Shown here: piece by piece, positions 11,495 to 24,539 of the stretch
Layout: each line of letters begins with the position of its first letter
Position numbering within the stretch: position 1 is the stretch's first letter
Assembly: GCA_047967505.1 (NCBI GenBank)
Contig: CM106538.1
Reading direction: 5' to 3' (one strand)
DNA: 64,000 nt
Origin: Dipteris shenzhenensis
Taxonomy: Eukaryota
Made by a program: the position numbers and the translations under genes
Notes under the pieces: generated by a model
Seen by the model: the letters and a program-made list of their open reading frames with translations, nothing else
Told to the model about the DNA's origin: nothing
Database searches by the model: none

Positions 11495-12687
11495 TGTTAA
11501 CATCCACAAAGTATGACCGCCAAATGCAGGGTAATCAATGAGTAAAGGTGACCAAGCCGAATGATCTACTTCAACAGGACAACCTCAAGGGAGTTTGATA
11601 CCCAAAAACACCAAGGTCAATGATTACAAGCAATGTGCGCATGGAAGGAGTATTGCTCAAACTCAAGGAGTTTGATCCCCAAATACCTTAAGCCCACCCA
11701 AAAGTCCAAAGATTCCAGGCAATGTGCATAGGTTGTATGTTCCAACTGCCCCCACCCGGAACAAGGAGGTGTTGCAACAAGGAGATGCACACTTTTGAGC
11801 CACAAAGAGTGCATGTGCCTTGCACTGTTCAGCTCCACATCCACAAGAAATAGCGACACCAATGAAAATAGCCATGAAAGGAGTACAGTTCAAACTCAGG
11901 GAGTTTGTTCCCCAAATATCATCCCGAGATAGTGTTATCATTAAGTGTCTCGACGAAGTTGTCTTGCCACTCTAGGTTTGAGTCTCATTCATCATGCATG
12001 ACCACAAATAGGTGAAGGTGTGAGGGTGCTCACGGAGTTTGAACCCCAAATCACCTGAGCCTAGGAGTGGCAAGGCTAACAAAAGCACTATTTGGGAACC
12101 GGATCACCTCCTAATACTAGGTTTGTCCCAAGCGCTTTAATATGTTAACACAAGCGCTATTTCTACTAGTAGGGAGAGTCAGTAAAAATAACAATATGCC
12201 TTGGTGCCATATGAGCCCAAGAGCCCATGGTTGTAAAGTGAGGGAGAGTGCTAAAATGGAAAAGGGTTGGCCCTCCCTTCAAAAGGTGACTTGTATAAAA
12301 GGCCAAATGTTTGACTTTGGTCCTCATTGTGGTTTGCACAAGTTTGAATACAAGATCCCTCTTCTCTTCCAAGAGAGTGTTTTGGGTGTTCTCTTGTTTC
12401 CATTGTAGTGCCTTTGTGGTTGTCACTCTATCCCCCTTCACTCCCTTCTCCTTCTTCCCTTCCTCCTCCTCCCTTCTCCCTCCCTCTTCCTCTCCCCTCC
12501 CCTCTTCCCCTTCCCTCTTTCTCGCATGAAATCACATTCCAACAATCCGGAGGCCACTTGAGTGACACTTGTGGATGGCTCGTGCTATATAGGCATTGCT
12601 CCCACAAGGAGTAGCTGGGAGTGGAAGCTCCGTTCTCATATCTTCAACTACCTCATGACACGTGAGTCACCGTTGAGACCCACTACA
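11495..12687 (+). mobile_element. Solo LTR (1193 bp)
   Basis: TG...CA ends flanked by 5-bp direct repeat CTCCC (11490-11494 and 12688-12692); internal CAAACTCAAGGAGTTTG repeats; TATAAAA near 12294 followed by a CT-rich tract. Confidence 0.75.
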
Positions 12688-13878
12688 CTCCCTAACGATG
12701 GATTCTGAGGTTCCTTACCTTTTATAATTTTATAACCTTCCCCCACACTTCCAATTCTTTCTTGTTTTACCACACCTTCCCCCCCTATGTCTTTCTAATT
12801 CTCCCTCCCCTTTTCAATTATTCCTCCTTGTTCCCTCCTCCTTTATATTTAAGTAGTTATCATCAAAACTCCCTTTTCCTTTACACTATTGATTCATTAA
12901 TTTATTATTGTTAATATTTTCCTTTTAAATTTTCAAACTCCCCCCCCTTTCCTTATTATGCTTCCCTCTTATATCTATTATTTTTCCATCTTTATTATGC
13001 TTCCCTTCATGTCTATTATATCCCCCATTAGTATTGTTTTAGTCAATTTCTCACACTCATTGCTTTACATTAAATCCTCTCTTCTTATTGGCCTTTTAAT
13101 CCACCTCTAACTCATTAATTTTTTACACACACTCCTTCCCTTTAAAAATTTCCCTCCACATTAAAATTACATTAACTCTTTCCCTCCCTCCTCCTTTTCT
13201 AACTTAGGCTTATTAATTATACCTTTGTCTTACTTTTTAAGTACTTAAGCATACTTACTTTTCTAACTTTATTATACCTTTGGCTTACTTTTTAAGTACT
13301 TAGCATAATAATAATTCCACTACCTCTACACTTTCAATTTTCCTTTATTTTGCTGCATATTTAACTCTCTTTATTCCTCTCTCTCACCCTTAAAAGCATG
13401 TCTTTCCACTTAAATATATACATTTAGCTTTATAGGTTGTAGTTAGTTGTTATTTTTATTATGACTCCAATAACAAGGGAGGGGTGTTTATGACACATGT
13501 CTTACCAATTAAGTCAAAATATGGTTCTTATGATTTTTTCTTGTTGGATAGTGGTAGGTATGAAGACTCCCCTCTTCAATAAAAGTAAAAGCTTACCACG
13601 ACTTATCAAAATATTCTCTCTACATTTTGCATTTTTTGCAAAATGTCTACTTGTTTATGTTATTGTTTTTATCCAAACAAATTTTCATTTATTTACCTTC
13701 AACTTCCCGTTTAATACATTTCAACACCTCCTTTTATTCACTTTTTGTACTGACTCACATTTCCCCTGCAACTTTGAACGGTTGCACATAGTTCTATTTA
13801 GTCATTATGGCCTTCTTTTTAGACTTCTTGACTTACTTTTCTCACATATGTGGTATGTTTTCACTTTCATAAATTTTC

Positions 13879-15050
13879 TTGGGATGCCTCTCTACAAACA
13901 AGATCACTCAAAAACCCGCTGCCAACTCCCTCTCCTACCTCACAAGCGGTATTATCTTACTTCTGCTTCTGAATTCTTTGAATTCTTGCAAGCTCATGAT
14001 CTTGAAGCGACTACAAAAAGTACCCCTCTCCCAACAAAGACCCTTTCATTCAATGATTGGGTCAAACTCCTAAAGTTCTCTTGGAGTGAAACTGATGGTG
14101 CCCTCTCAAGACTTCAAAAAGTTGCAACTAACCTTGTAGCATTGATCATAATGACTCAAACTCTTTGAGTAGTTATCATGCCAATATCCTTGGCCTCACC
14201 AAAGATATTCTTATCAACAATGGTGCTTCTCGTTTTCCCATTCCTGCAGGTCTTGCGCCTATAAACAGTGAATTCCACAGTTTCACAAACTTAGACCTCC
14301 TTTCCTGCAAGGATAAAATATCGTTTGAATCTCTCTCACAGTCTCATTATCTGCCCCCCCAACCCTTGCAAGGCAAAGAACTCAAGAATTTCACCTCCTT
14401 CATACCTATAGTCCCCTCCAGGCATATCAAAATGAAGTTTGCTTTCTCACATCACAAAATCTAGTGCCTTGACAATCTTAGCTTCCTTGCCCCTTTCTCC
14501 ATCCAGTCATCACTGGCCTTCATTTGCAATCTCTCTGCAAAAGAGGTTGACCATTGTAAGGAAGATGCCTATCAAGGCCGTCAACACCTCAATTCAAATT
14601 ACTTCTTTAACCTTCTTTTCCTCTTAAAAACCATCGACCACTCCAAATGTGTTCCGTTCCAAAGGTTCAAGTCATAATGACTCTGGTTTCTCTAGCAAAG
14701 ATGACAATTATAATGTAAAAAATTACTAGAATGCATTTCGATCTTATGTCAAGTGTACCTGCCTTATAAAAAGGACTAGTATTTTATGCAAATCATCCAT
14801 CCTTTGGCTTGACCATTACATTTGGTTTATTTTGAACCATCTAGATACCTTTTTTCCTATTGGTTCTTTACAAGCTAAATTTTTTGCCTTTCTAAACTGG
14901 GTATCAAAACTACCAAAAGAAGTCATCTTCTCTTTGATTACCTTCTATCACTTCAGAGCTATTCTCATCGAAACTGCAAAATCCCTTTCTCCCTTTGTTG
15001 ACTTCTCTCTCCCCTCCTTCTCCCCTCTTCCTTCCAAAATCTTCCTAGTC
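13879..15050 (+). pseudogene. Decayed reading frame of unknown function, possibly a TE accessory ORF
   Basis: Chain of abutting, frameshifted protein-like ORFs (13879-14168, 14165-14464, 14439-14627, 14832 onward); no recognised domain. Confidence 0.3.
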
Positions 15051-16957
15051 CCTCACTTGGATGCGTCAATTTTACGAGCAAAAACCTATGAGCAGGTTTA
15101 TCCGAGCGTGTTTTTCAAGAGATTTTTAAAAATGTTTTTCTTTAGGAAACATGGTTTTTACACTTTTATTTTCACTAGAACTAGATCCCTTTATCATAAA
15201 AATATACAGACTAGTCACTCATTCATTTTTACACAACATAATTTTCTTATTTAGAGACATTCCTTTGTACCCCTGTTATTACCTTAAAAAAGTGTTGATT
15301 CCTTTAAGAAACATTCCTCATAATCACTCTCAATGTAATAATACTATGCATATATAATTACTTATTAACACATTTATATCATATGGCAATATCTTTTTAG
15401 TGTTTTTATAGCATATTTATGGACATGTTTCTAAAGAAGTTTAAATTACTATAAATAAGTATTAACTTAGGCTTATATATCACTCTCATAAAATACATGT
15501 AATATTTAATCCTATATATGAAAGATTTTCCAAAATATAACTCCATATATGTGCTCAAATGGGGTGTTCCGATCAATTTGAGTGGTTGAATGACTATATT
15601 TGGACATTGGATATGAAAGTTATGTCACTTTTAAAAGTGCTGTCCAAGGTAGTTTCGCCAGCGAAACTACCTTGGGAGACTTGCTTCAAAGGGGTTTCGC
15701 TGGCGAAACTACCTAGATGGCTTGCTTCAATGAGTTTTCTTTGAAGAAACTCTTTCATGAAGATAGGTTGAGAGAGGGTTTTCAATGTCACCCCCTATTA
15801 AGTAAAAGTTGTAAGAAGGATCATAAGGGAATTTTCATAGAGAAGTCTACTCTACATGTGGGTTTCTTCAAAAGCCATCCCATTATGCTCTCACCATTCC
15901 TACAGATTCACCTAAAGATTTTTGTATAAAATAGGCATTGCTATAATACTTTGCATATTTCTAAGTGAAACTATGTTTTCTTTTGATCGATTTTTGCCAT
16001 ATTTATGCATAGTTGGAAGCTTTTTTTTCCCCTCGCTCGGACGCTCGGAAGATTTCGCTCAGAAAATGCTCGTCCCCTCCCTCACTTTCCCTTAGTATCC
16101 TCTCCCTTCCCTCTACTTCTAGATCTATTTCACCACCTAAAAGAAGACATAGCTCCCCCCCCAAAGCATCACTACAAAATCCAAAAGACAAACCCCCTTG
16201 AGTCTACTGCTGCTGTCGATCTCTCCCTTGTTTCCAATATCAAGGATTCCCAACCTGACTCCTCGTCTGCATTAGTGCTTAAAGAAAAGGCTCCCAAAGA
16301 TGACAACCAACAATATTCTATTGACTGGAATAGACGTCGATTCTCTCCAAATGGTTGGTGCTTTGCAGATCTCTACTCCAGGTACACCAAAGGTGCGTTT
16401 CACTAAACTACTTAATAATGGCTTGCTTTCATTTCAAGTTTTTCCTAAAAGTAATAGTTCAAAATAATTCCATGTTCTTTTCGTGAATAAAATTTTAACT
16501 AAAATGACTCCTAGGTCTCTTTTCAGAGAAACACTGCTCTTACTCTTTGACTCTTTGTCAGACACTATTAAAACTTTCGATAGTTTTTCTTTAGTTGGAG
16601 CTACACTCTGGCTTTAAGAACACTACTTTACAAACCTAAAAACATTTTCTAATCTAAAACTTTTACATCTTGCTTACGCACATTACTCTAGTTGGCAATA
16701 GGCAAAGGCTTACGGTAATGTAGATCTAAGAAATGTAATGTTGTACATATGTGTTTGTGTAACATCTCATAATCTCCCCCCAAGTATGATTTATCATGTG
16801 TCATTTATGGAACAAGTGTAGTTCCTACAAAAATGTGTTTCAAAAATAAGGATCCTCAACATGTTTCATAGCATATACATCTTACTTGAAGGTATCATAA
16901 ACTTGTTATTTATTGTAGATGTTATTGTGCATGTACAATTTATTAACACCACATAGA

Positions 16958-16959
<2 letters not shown>

Positions 16960-17008
<49 letters not shown>

Positions 17009-17070
17009 TGCACACACATGCACGAATGTGTGTGTGTGTGCACGCGTGGACGTATGTGTGTGTGTGCATG
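16960..17070. repeat. Compound microsatellite (CT)n(CA)n...(TG)n
   Basis: Read directly from the sequence. Confidence 0.95.
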
Positions 17071-17177
17071 AACAAGTTCCCAAGCATCTACCCACACAAA
17101 CATGGGCCCACCGTGCTCTACAGGGGTCACCAGAACCCCCCATGGGGGAGGGTCCTTGGTGCCCATCAAGTGATTCT

Positions 17178-17760
17178 AAGGTGCAAAGATGTCAAATTTA
17201 GGAGCCCTAATGTGCACTAGTGCACATCAAAATTAGGCTCTACATAGCCCCTCATTTTGTCCCTCTTTGCCCTTTTTGGAGTAAACTTCGGCAATGGAAT
17301 AAAAATTAGGTGTGATAAGGGTCAAATTTAGGGGCTCTCCCAAGAACTTTTTGGTGTGCACTAGCATACATTAAAATCGGGCTCCCAAGAGACCTAAATT
17401 TTATCATTCTTTTCCGTTCTTAAAAAGTCAAAGAAGAGAACACGATGAAAATCAATAGAGTAAAAGGTGCAAGGGAGGTCAAATTTATAGGCTCTCCCAA
17501 TCTTGATTTTGATGTGCACTAGTGCACAACTAAATTGGGCTCCAAAGAGCTCCTACTTCTACCCCTCTTTGCTCTTCCTAATGGAACTCAAAGTGGGAAC
17601 AGGCTAAATATCAAGGGAGTTAAAGGTGCAAAGGGGTCGCTTTTAGAGGCTCTCCCAAGCCTTTCTAATGTGCAGTAGAACACATCAAAATGGGGCTCCA
17701 AAGAGCCCCTAATTTTATCCCTCTTCACTGTGCTTGATGGGAGTCAAAAATGTGAAGGAG
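17178..17760. repeat. Degenerate tandem repeat, ~140-160 bp, about 4 copies, palindromic core GTGCACTAGTGCAC
   Basis: Recurring GTCAAATTTAGG..CTCTCCCAA...GTGCACTAG...AAAT.GGCTCC near 17190, 17320, 17478 and 17636. Confidence 0.75.
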
Positions 17761-20700
17761 GAGGAAATGAAGTAAGTGAAGGTGAGCGATCCAATTAAAT
17801 CCCGTTTTTCCTTATCGTACACCTCTTATCAAATTAATAACTTGCTAATACAAAATAATGATTAGCTAGCAGCCTTAGACATCCATTTCATTAATAACCT
17901 AATAATAAATAACAATGATAGCTAGAACTAGAAAAGTATCCTTAGACACCCATTTCATTAATTTCATACTTTTTCTTTGTTTTTTAATAAATACAAAACA
18001 TCCTTCTAAAATGAAATGTTAATTTGCTTACACTATGATTTTTAAAAACTAGGAAACATAATTTCTACCATACTTTATATTCCATACATAATAAAACAAA
18101 TGAGTGGTGAGGAGAGTTGACATGGATGAGTGAGTAGCTACAATGGAGGGGAAGTGGGATGTGGAGTGAAGGGGGAGGGAAGGCGAGGGAGAAACACGTG
18201 AGGGGGGGGTCATGAGAAGAGGTTAGGGGATAAGGGAGCAACCACATTTCAAGGAGAGGAGGGGGGAGTGGCTAAGGGGCAGGAGGGTGTGTGTGTGCGG
18301 AGGCTAGAGCAAAGTTAAGGTGGGTTGTGACAACAATTGCAAGGAGATGCAAGGAGATGGAGAGGGAAAGGAAAGGTGAGGTGGACTAAAGGAAAGAAGG
18401 GCAACCTACAACAAGGAGGTGGGAAGGAAAGGTGTTTCAAAGGTGAGGAGGTCTCAGAGAGTATTCGTGCAGCTTGGGTTGGTGATCAGAGGTGAGGGGG
18501 TGACATAGTGGCCATGAGAAGAGGAAGAGTTAAGCAGCCATGAGAAGAGGGGAGGGGAAGATGAACCAATGGGGCTGAGAATAGCCACAAGGAGAAGTGG
18601 TGGGTAAGAGGAGAGGTGTGGAGGAGTGAAGGAGAGGATAGGAACAAGGGCGAGCAACCATGAGGAGAGGGGAGGGTAAGTGGAGAAATTTGCAAAGGTG
18701 AAGGTGGATGAGAGAAAATTTAGGAGGCAGGGTTGGTGAGTGGATGTGAGGGGCCAAGGGAGGTTGATAAGGAGACTCAGGGGATAGGGAGTTGTAGGAA
18801 AGGTGAGAGGGGGCAACTGCCACAAGTAAAGGGTGGTTAGTGGATGTGAGGGGACTAAGGGAGCATCCATGAGAAAGAGGGGGGGGGAGGGGGGGGCATG
18901 AAGGTGGAGTGAAAATGAGGGACAACCCATGAGGAGAGCTAGGGTTGAGGGAGAAGCTGTGCCACAAAGACAGGGGGCAGAGATATGGAGCAAAGGTTAT
19001 GGGGGTTGAGAGAGTAGTTGCAAGGAGAGGGGACGGGGAGGTGGAGCTAATGTGAGGGGCACTAGTTTGCAACAACTAGAGGGGAGGTCGAGTGAGGGGC
19101 AAAGGGATCAACGAGGAGAGGGGAGGTGAGGGGCTGAGGGAGTAGCCACAAGGAGAGGAGAGGGATGGAGCAATCATCAAGAGAGGGGATATGAGTAGGA
19201 TAGGGGAGGGCAAGGTGGAGAAAATGTGAGAGGGTTTGAGAGAGAACCTAGTGTAAGGAGGGGGTGAAGGTCATGAAGGGAGAGAGATAGAGATAGGGTA
19301 GGGGGACCATGAATTTGTGAGGGAAATCAAGAGATAGGTAGAGAGGAGGGGATGGCGAGATAGCTAGGAAGAGTAGAGAGACACTAGAGATGGATAGAGA
19401 GGACCCTAAGTACCATTATGCCAAGGAAAAAACAAGAAAGATCACAGTTGGTGATGAGCTCTAAGGTCATCAGGGATAGATATCAAGAATACACTTGCAT
19501 TATCTTTTGAAGTGTTTGAGAAAAGAGTTAAGCATACAAGGAAGGAAACTTGAAAGATTATGAATAGTGACATAGTTCAGTGGGTGAAAATAGAAAAGGT
19601 TGATAAGAAACCCTTACTTTCTAGATTTGTTGGAGATAGGCCATGCTACTCATGATTGCAATTCAACACATAAGAGGCCAAGGCGACATATATTTGGACT
19701 ATATTCTTTGTCATTTACTGACTGCATGTCTTTGGATCTTCATGCAAGTAGGCCTTTGTATATACCATCATGGGTTCTGTTGGAGTTGTCAATCCAGTTT
19801 TGGGTATGGGATTCACAAATGCTGCACTAAATTAACCATTTACACTTCCACCGAGATGTTTAGAGTAGCATAGTGACCTAGATCACTGATTCAAATAGAA
19901 TTTTCTTAGTGGCATCTAGTAAGATGGTGGCATCCAAGGTGCATAAAGGAATTTCTATGTTAGCAAGTAGGTGAAGAACAATTGAGTGTCATAAAATAGA
20001 CACATAAGAGAAATGGAGGTGCCTCAATAAATGTCATTATTCTTAAGCAATGGCATAAATAACTCAACATGTATGTAGCATAGAAATGGAAGACAATAAA
20101 TTCTCTATGTGTGCACTTAAATGTAATCCATATTGGAGAGAGAAGGTAAAGGAAGACTTGTACATAAACTTGAGACTCAATTGTCTACTCAGCTTACAAC
20201 AATGATAGCCGGTAGTTGCAATAAATCTATACTATCCAATAATCCATTTTGTCCATACGAGTCTTGTCCATATGTCAAGCGTATTAGTATGCATGAGCAA
20301 ATTATTTGACGACGTGAATGGTTCCACTACCATCATCATTGTGGCATCCAGATCTCTCATCGGACCTTTAGACTCGAACCTCATCGGGATAAAGATTCGG
20401 GCCTCATTGGGGCTACCTTGTAATGCCCAATTATTTCATACACCACACAGCCTGAACATGGCTTGATTTAAAGATTGAATACTACCACGAAACAAGCTTA
20501 ACGCATGGAGTTAATGGGCAACTTGGTGACCACTAGTCAATCATTTGGATTCTACCCTTGCACACTTCTCCCCTAACCACATAATTACTATTTTCATTAT
20601 ATTTTATTTTTACTTCATCATGAGAGGTTTGTAGCATGAAATGAGGAATTTCAGAATGCCTGAGCTTAATTTTATAAGCTATTAAAAGTGTAATAGATTT

Positions 20701-21865
20701 TTGTCATACATACTTGTGTGCATCAATTCTCCATGCTCTCAATTCCAACTCGACTCTTAGTGAGTATTGCAATAGAATGTTCAGTATGTATGCAAGCAAG
20801 CTTTTGAAGAATGTGCACCCAAAATATGTATGTTTGTTGTGTGCAAAGGATGCTCAATTCCTAGAAATTTGAAAGAGCTCAATGTATAGACATGTAGGCT
20901 ACTGTGCAAACCAAGTTGATGGCACAATGACCTTCCTTTTAGAGTTCCTTGTATACTTTATTTTTGGTCACTAAATGAAGAGACAACTATCCACTCACGT
21001 TTAGGTAGCCATTGATGTACAACAATTGCGAGGAGCAATGTTTAGAGAAAACTTTTTTCTCAACAGATCACAAAATCTGGGGTTTGAATATTTTCTAGTT
21101 TTTTCTTTAGAATTTGCAGATCTTTTAGCTAAACTATAACTAAATTGTTTAAAATTTTGTAGATTTTTTACAAAATTAAGAAAATATTTTTTATGAGTGA
21201 AATTGAAAATGTTGCAGGTGCATTATATATCATTTGTAGGATTGCCAGTGAGGGGATGAAAACCACAAAACTAGAAAGTCCCACTACACATAGAAATCAA
21301 CTGCTTTGATCGAGACCAAGAGAGCAAGGAGGAAAATTTAACTCACATACGCCATAGCGAACTATTCCCTTCCAAAAGAGTTCCAAAATCGGATTCCTTA
21401 TAAAGGCAATGTAGATTATATTATTAACAAAAGAGATGTAGACAAGCGTTGCACTGCAACGTTTGAAGGTCCTTGGGCGCATGAACTATCCATCCTCGTA
21501 AGCTTGCCTTGTCTTATTCATTATATAGCATACGTAGCTAGCTACTGACGTGATGCCTGCAAACAACAAAAGGGGGACTACATGGTCAATCCATGGCACA
21601 AACATTGTTCACAAAAAACGTACAAACTATACACAATGAACCTACAACATTTTCATTTTTCACTTGTAAAACATATTTTCGCATTTTCACACGCTTTAAA
21701 CATTGCAAATTCTCGAGATTCTTGAACAGTGGACAGAAATCAGACTTATAGCTAATACTTCATGAGGTAGGGAGAGAACTAAGCCAATTTGCTCTCCAAA
21801 ATGGAAATCTAAGTCTAATTTTTTTTCCTGTTAAGATAAGAAGGGGCCGCACCCGATAATGGTGA

Positions 21866-22186
21866 TCAACCCTGAATCCAGACGGCACGCAGCTTGGTTG
21901 CACCTTGGACCACACAGCCTGGTCCGTAGATTTGGGCAACGCTACTGTAGCTTTCACAATTCTTCTGGTTATGGATGGACACACGAGTGCCGCTGCTAAC
22001 ATCACTGATGCGAACCGCACCCTGGTCATTGAACGTCTGACAAGTATTACCGCCTACGTAGAAGGTGTTGGTAGCAGATCCGTCACAGCTCGCTGGGTTG
22101 AACGTCTCGATCTTTGCCGCTTCGCTCGTCACTATAGATAGCAGCAGTAACACGCAAACAACATTGCGTGCCATCACCATGGCCAT
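21866..22186 (-). CDS. Secreted small Cys-rich protein, MiAMP1-like (beta-barrelin) antimicrobial peptide candidate
   Basis: Intact single-exon ORF with signal peptide (VVCVLLLLSIVTSEA|AK). The 83-aa mature part has Cys at position 11, HNQKNC resembling YNQAGC and RAVWIQG resembling KSIFIQC of MiAMP1 (compared from memory). TATA box upstream. Confidence 0.8.
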   Translation of the reverse strand: MAMVMARNVVCVLLLLSIVTSEAAKIETFNPASCDGSATNTFYVGGNTCQTFNDQGAVRISDVSSGTRVSIHNQKNCESYSSVAQIYGPGCVVQGATKLRAVWIQG

Positions 22187-22289
22187 GATCGTACGTACGT
22201 CCGCTCAAGACTGAAAACAGATGGGTTGGAATTCGAACAAACTCAGCGAAGATCTGTTATGCAATTGTGAGAGAGAGAGAGCTCTTTCT

Positions 22290-22712
22290 TGGGCTTATAA
22301 AGAGCCATGCGGAAGCACCACGAGGGAGAAAATTTCTCTCCGAACTGGCTCTCCTTTCCACGTATGTACTGAAGAGACTGAACTCCGTACGACAGCTGCA
22401 TATGAAAGTACCTGAAATGTTACAGTATACCATACTGCCGTGTACGCCATGCATTTAAGTCATACTATCGTGTACGCCACCTATTTAGTCATACTGCCGT
22501 GCAGCCCTCACATTTGAAGGGTAGCCTTATCCTTCTTGTAAGTTACTTTTGAAGGTGACGTGGCATTTCCTTTGTAATGTTTCCCAAAGCGGTCCTTCTT
22601 TTGAAGGTTCATCTCTCTATTTAGGCAGGTAGCATTGTGACATCTCTCTATTTAGGCAGGTAGCATTGTGACATGAAAGGGAAATCTGCCCTCAAATGAA
22701 GCCACGTGTCAT
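22290..22712 (-). promoter_or_regulatory. Putative promoter of the peptide gene
   Basis: TTTATAAG on the minus strand at about 22294-22301, ~110 bp upstream of the ATG; ACGT-core boxes near 22360, 22558 (ACGTGGC) and 22703 (CACGTG). Confidence 0.55.
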
Positions 22713-24539
22713 ATTGGTTCTAGATTATTGCTGTTTAACAAAAGGTAAAAGCGTGTCAAATAACCGTCCCTCTCCTCGAGGATCCTCTTGACTTGCCATC
22801 ACCGATTCCTCCTGGCTTCCAACGTACCCTTGCTCCATCGACAATGCACCCTCCCTATGATTTTGAGGTCTAGGTGAACACTCAGTACACCTTCTGGTGC
22901 TCCAATCACTCCTTGTTCCTCTTGCCAATTCTTTTTCATCTTTAGGATTAAAGGACTGTTTTCGTTCTTTTTCTTGGTGCTTTAGGGCCTGACTTGATGG
23001 GAGTTTGGTCGACAGGGAATTGTGCTGCGTGGATGCGGACGCATTGTGAAGGTTTACAATCGAGCGACATCATTCGAGCGTGGAGGAGAACCGAATTCTC
23101 TAGGAACGCCAGGCAAGTTGTGGCGGATCATTTGCAGGAAGATGACAACGAGGCTAGACAAAAAAACCAGGCGTTCGAATGCTCGTGCATTTTTGCTACA
23201 ATGGAGGGAAGAGGATCAGCAATGTCGCAATGTTGCGTTGCATTGCTGATTACCTAGAAATAACACATCAGTAAGGCGCAGAGAACTTGGCTAAGTAGAC
23301 GGAGGGCTTCTTGTACAAGATGGCCTTCTGGAGCTAGGAAGAGGGCTTGGTTGTCCTCAAGGGCTTTGAAGCCTTGCTTCACTAGGCAAGAAAAGCAGAA
23401 TAATATAGAGGTGTGTCGATTCGCTCACGATGAAAGCAAGCTCTTCCTTCAGCCCCTCAAAAAACTCCAGCCCCATTCACTGCAATTCACCGGCCTGTTA
23501 GAATCCTCGTGGTGGCAGAAGAAGCTCAAAGGGGTTTGATTCAAACTTCCTGCTGTCGAGGAGGTATTGGTGGGTGTGAGGATATGTCGTTTCTATCAAC
23601 GTATTTGATGGAGAGGCTTGTCAAAGCTTTCTCAGCAAATCAGGTGGATAACAAGCACCTAGCAAGGCTTCTTATCAGGTACATGAATCGTCATTGTGCC
23701 ATCGTGGGGAAAAAACTCTCTGAACTATTTCGACAGGCCAGTGAAACCTGGCTTGACGAGTACACGCAGAATGTGCAACGCAAAGTCATGGAGATGGTGG
23801 TGCCTTTGCTTCACCGCTTGGAATGGACCTCTGTGTAGAGCAAACCACTCTTCGAGCTGCGGGGGACATATACCTTGAGGTATACTCTACACAGATGATT
23901 TTCACAATTCATTATAATTCTTGATTCATCCTAGGAGGTTATCAACCAGGAGCTCTATTTATCTTTGTGTGCATTCAACTACAAATCGTTAGTTTCTAGT
24001 TCTCGACAAATTTTGGGGACGCAGGTCTCTGTTGTTCTCATCGCAGGCGCATCCAAGAACCAAGTTCTGCATAGCACGATTGTAGTCTACAGGACAGAGT
24101 ATGATTCCTTGGCAGCTAGTGAGGATCCCTCCATAGAATTCCTCCCTAGCACTTGCAGTAGTGGTGCTTGTGTATGGAGGATGATCCATCCACTGAGTTC
24201 CTTCCTCCTCAATTCCCTAGGCAAGTGAGAGTTGCAACAACAGTTGCCGCTGTTAGCAATATGGAGGTTGATGATTCCTTGAAAGCCGTCAAGGATAGAC
24301 CTCTGATACCAATGTGAATGTGACTCCTCTGCATTGCTGACACATGCAAGTGATACACTCATTGTGAGCGGTAATTGATCCTGAAGGCTGAGTCAACCCT
24401 CTTGCAAAGATTTAAACCCAATGGGACCAGAAACTAAGCCACTTGAAAAGTCCTGATATTAAGGAGGTACAATGTGAGTCATAGGGATCAAAACAGTTAC
24501 AGTTGACTGAGCGTGGTAGACCGAAGAGACTCATCGTCA

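Noticed and set aside
18070-19410. Pro/Leu/Ser-rich minus-strand ORFs
   Set aside because: Products of a purine-rich low-complexity tract that is open in several frames.
19410-20260. Possible very old copia RNase H remnant
   Set aside because: Only faint motif echoes; not supportable without a profile search.
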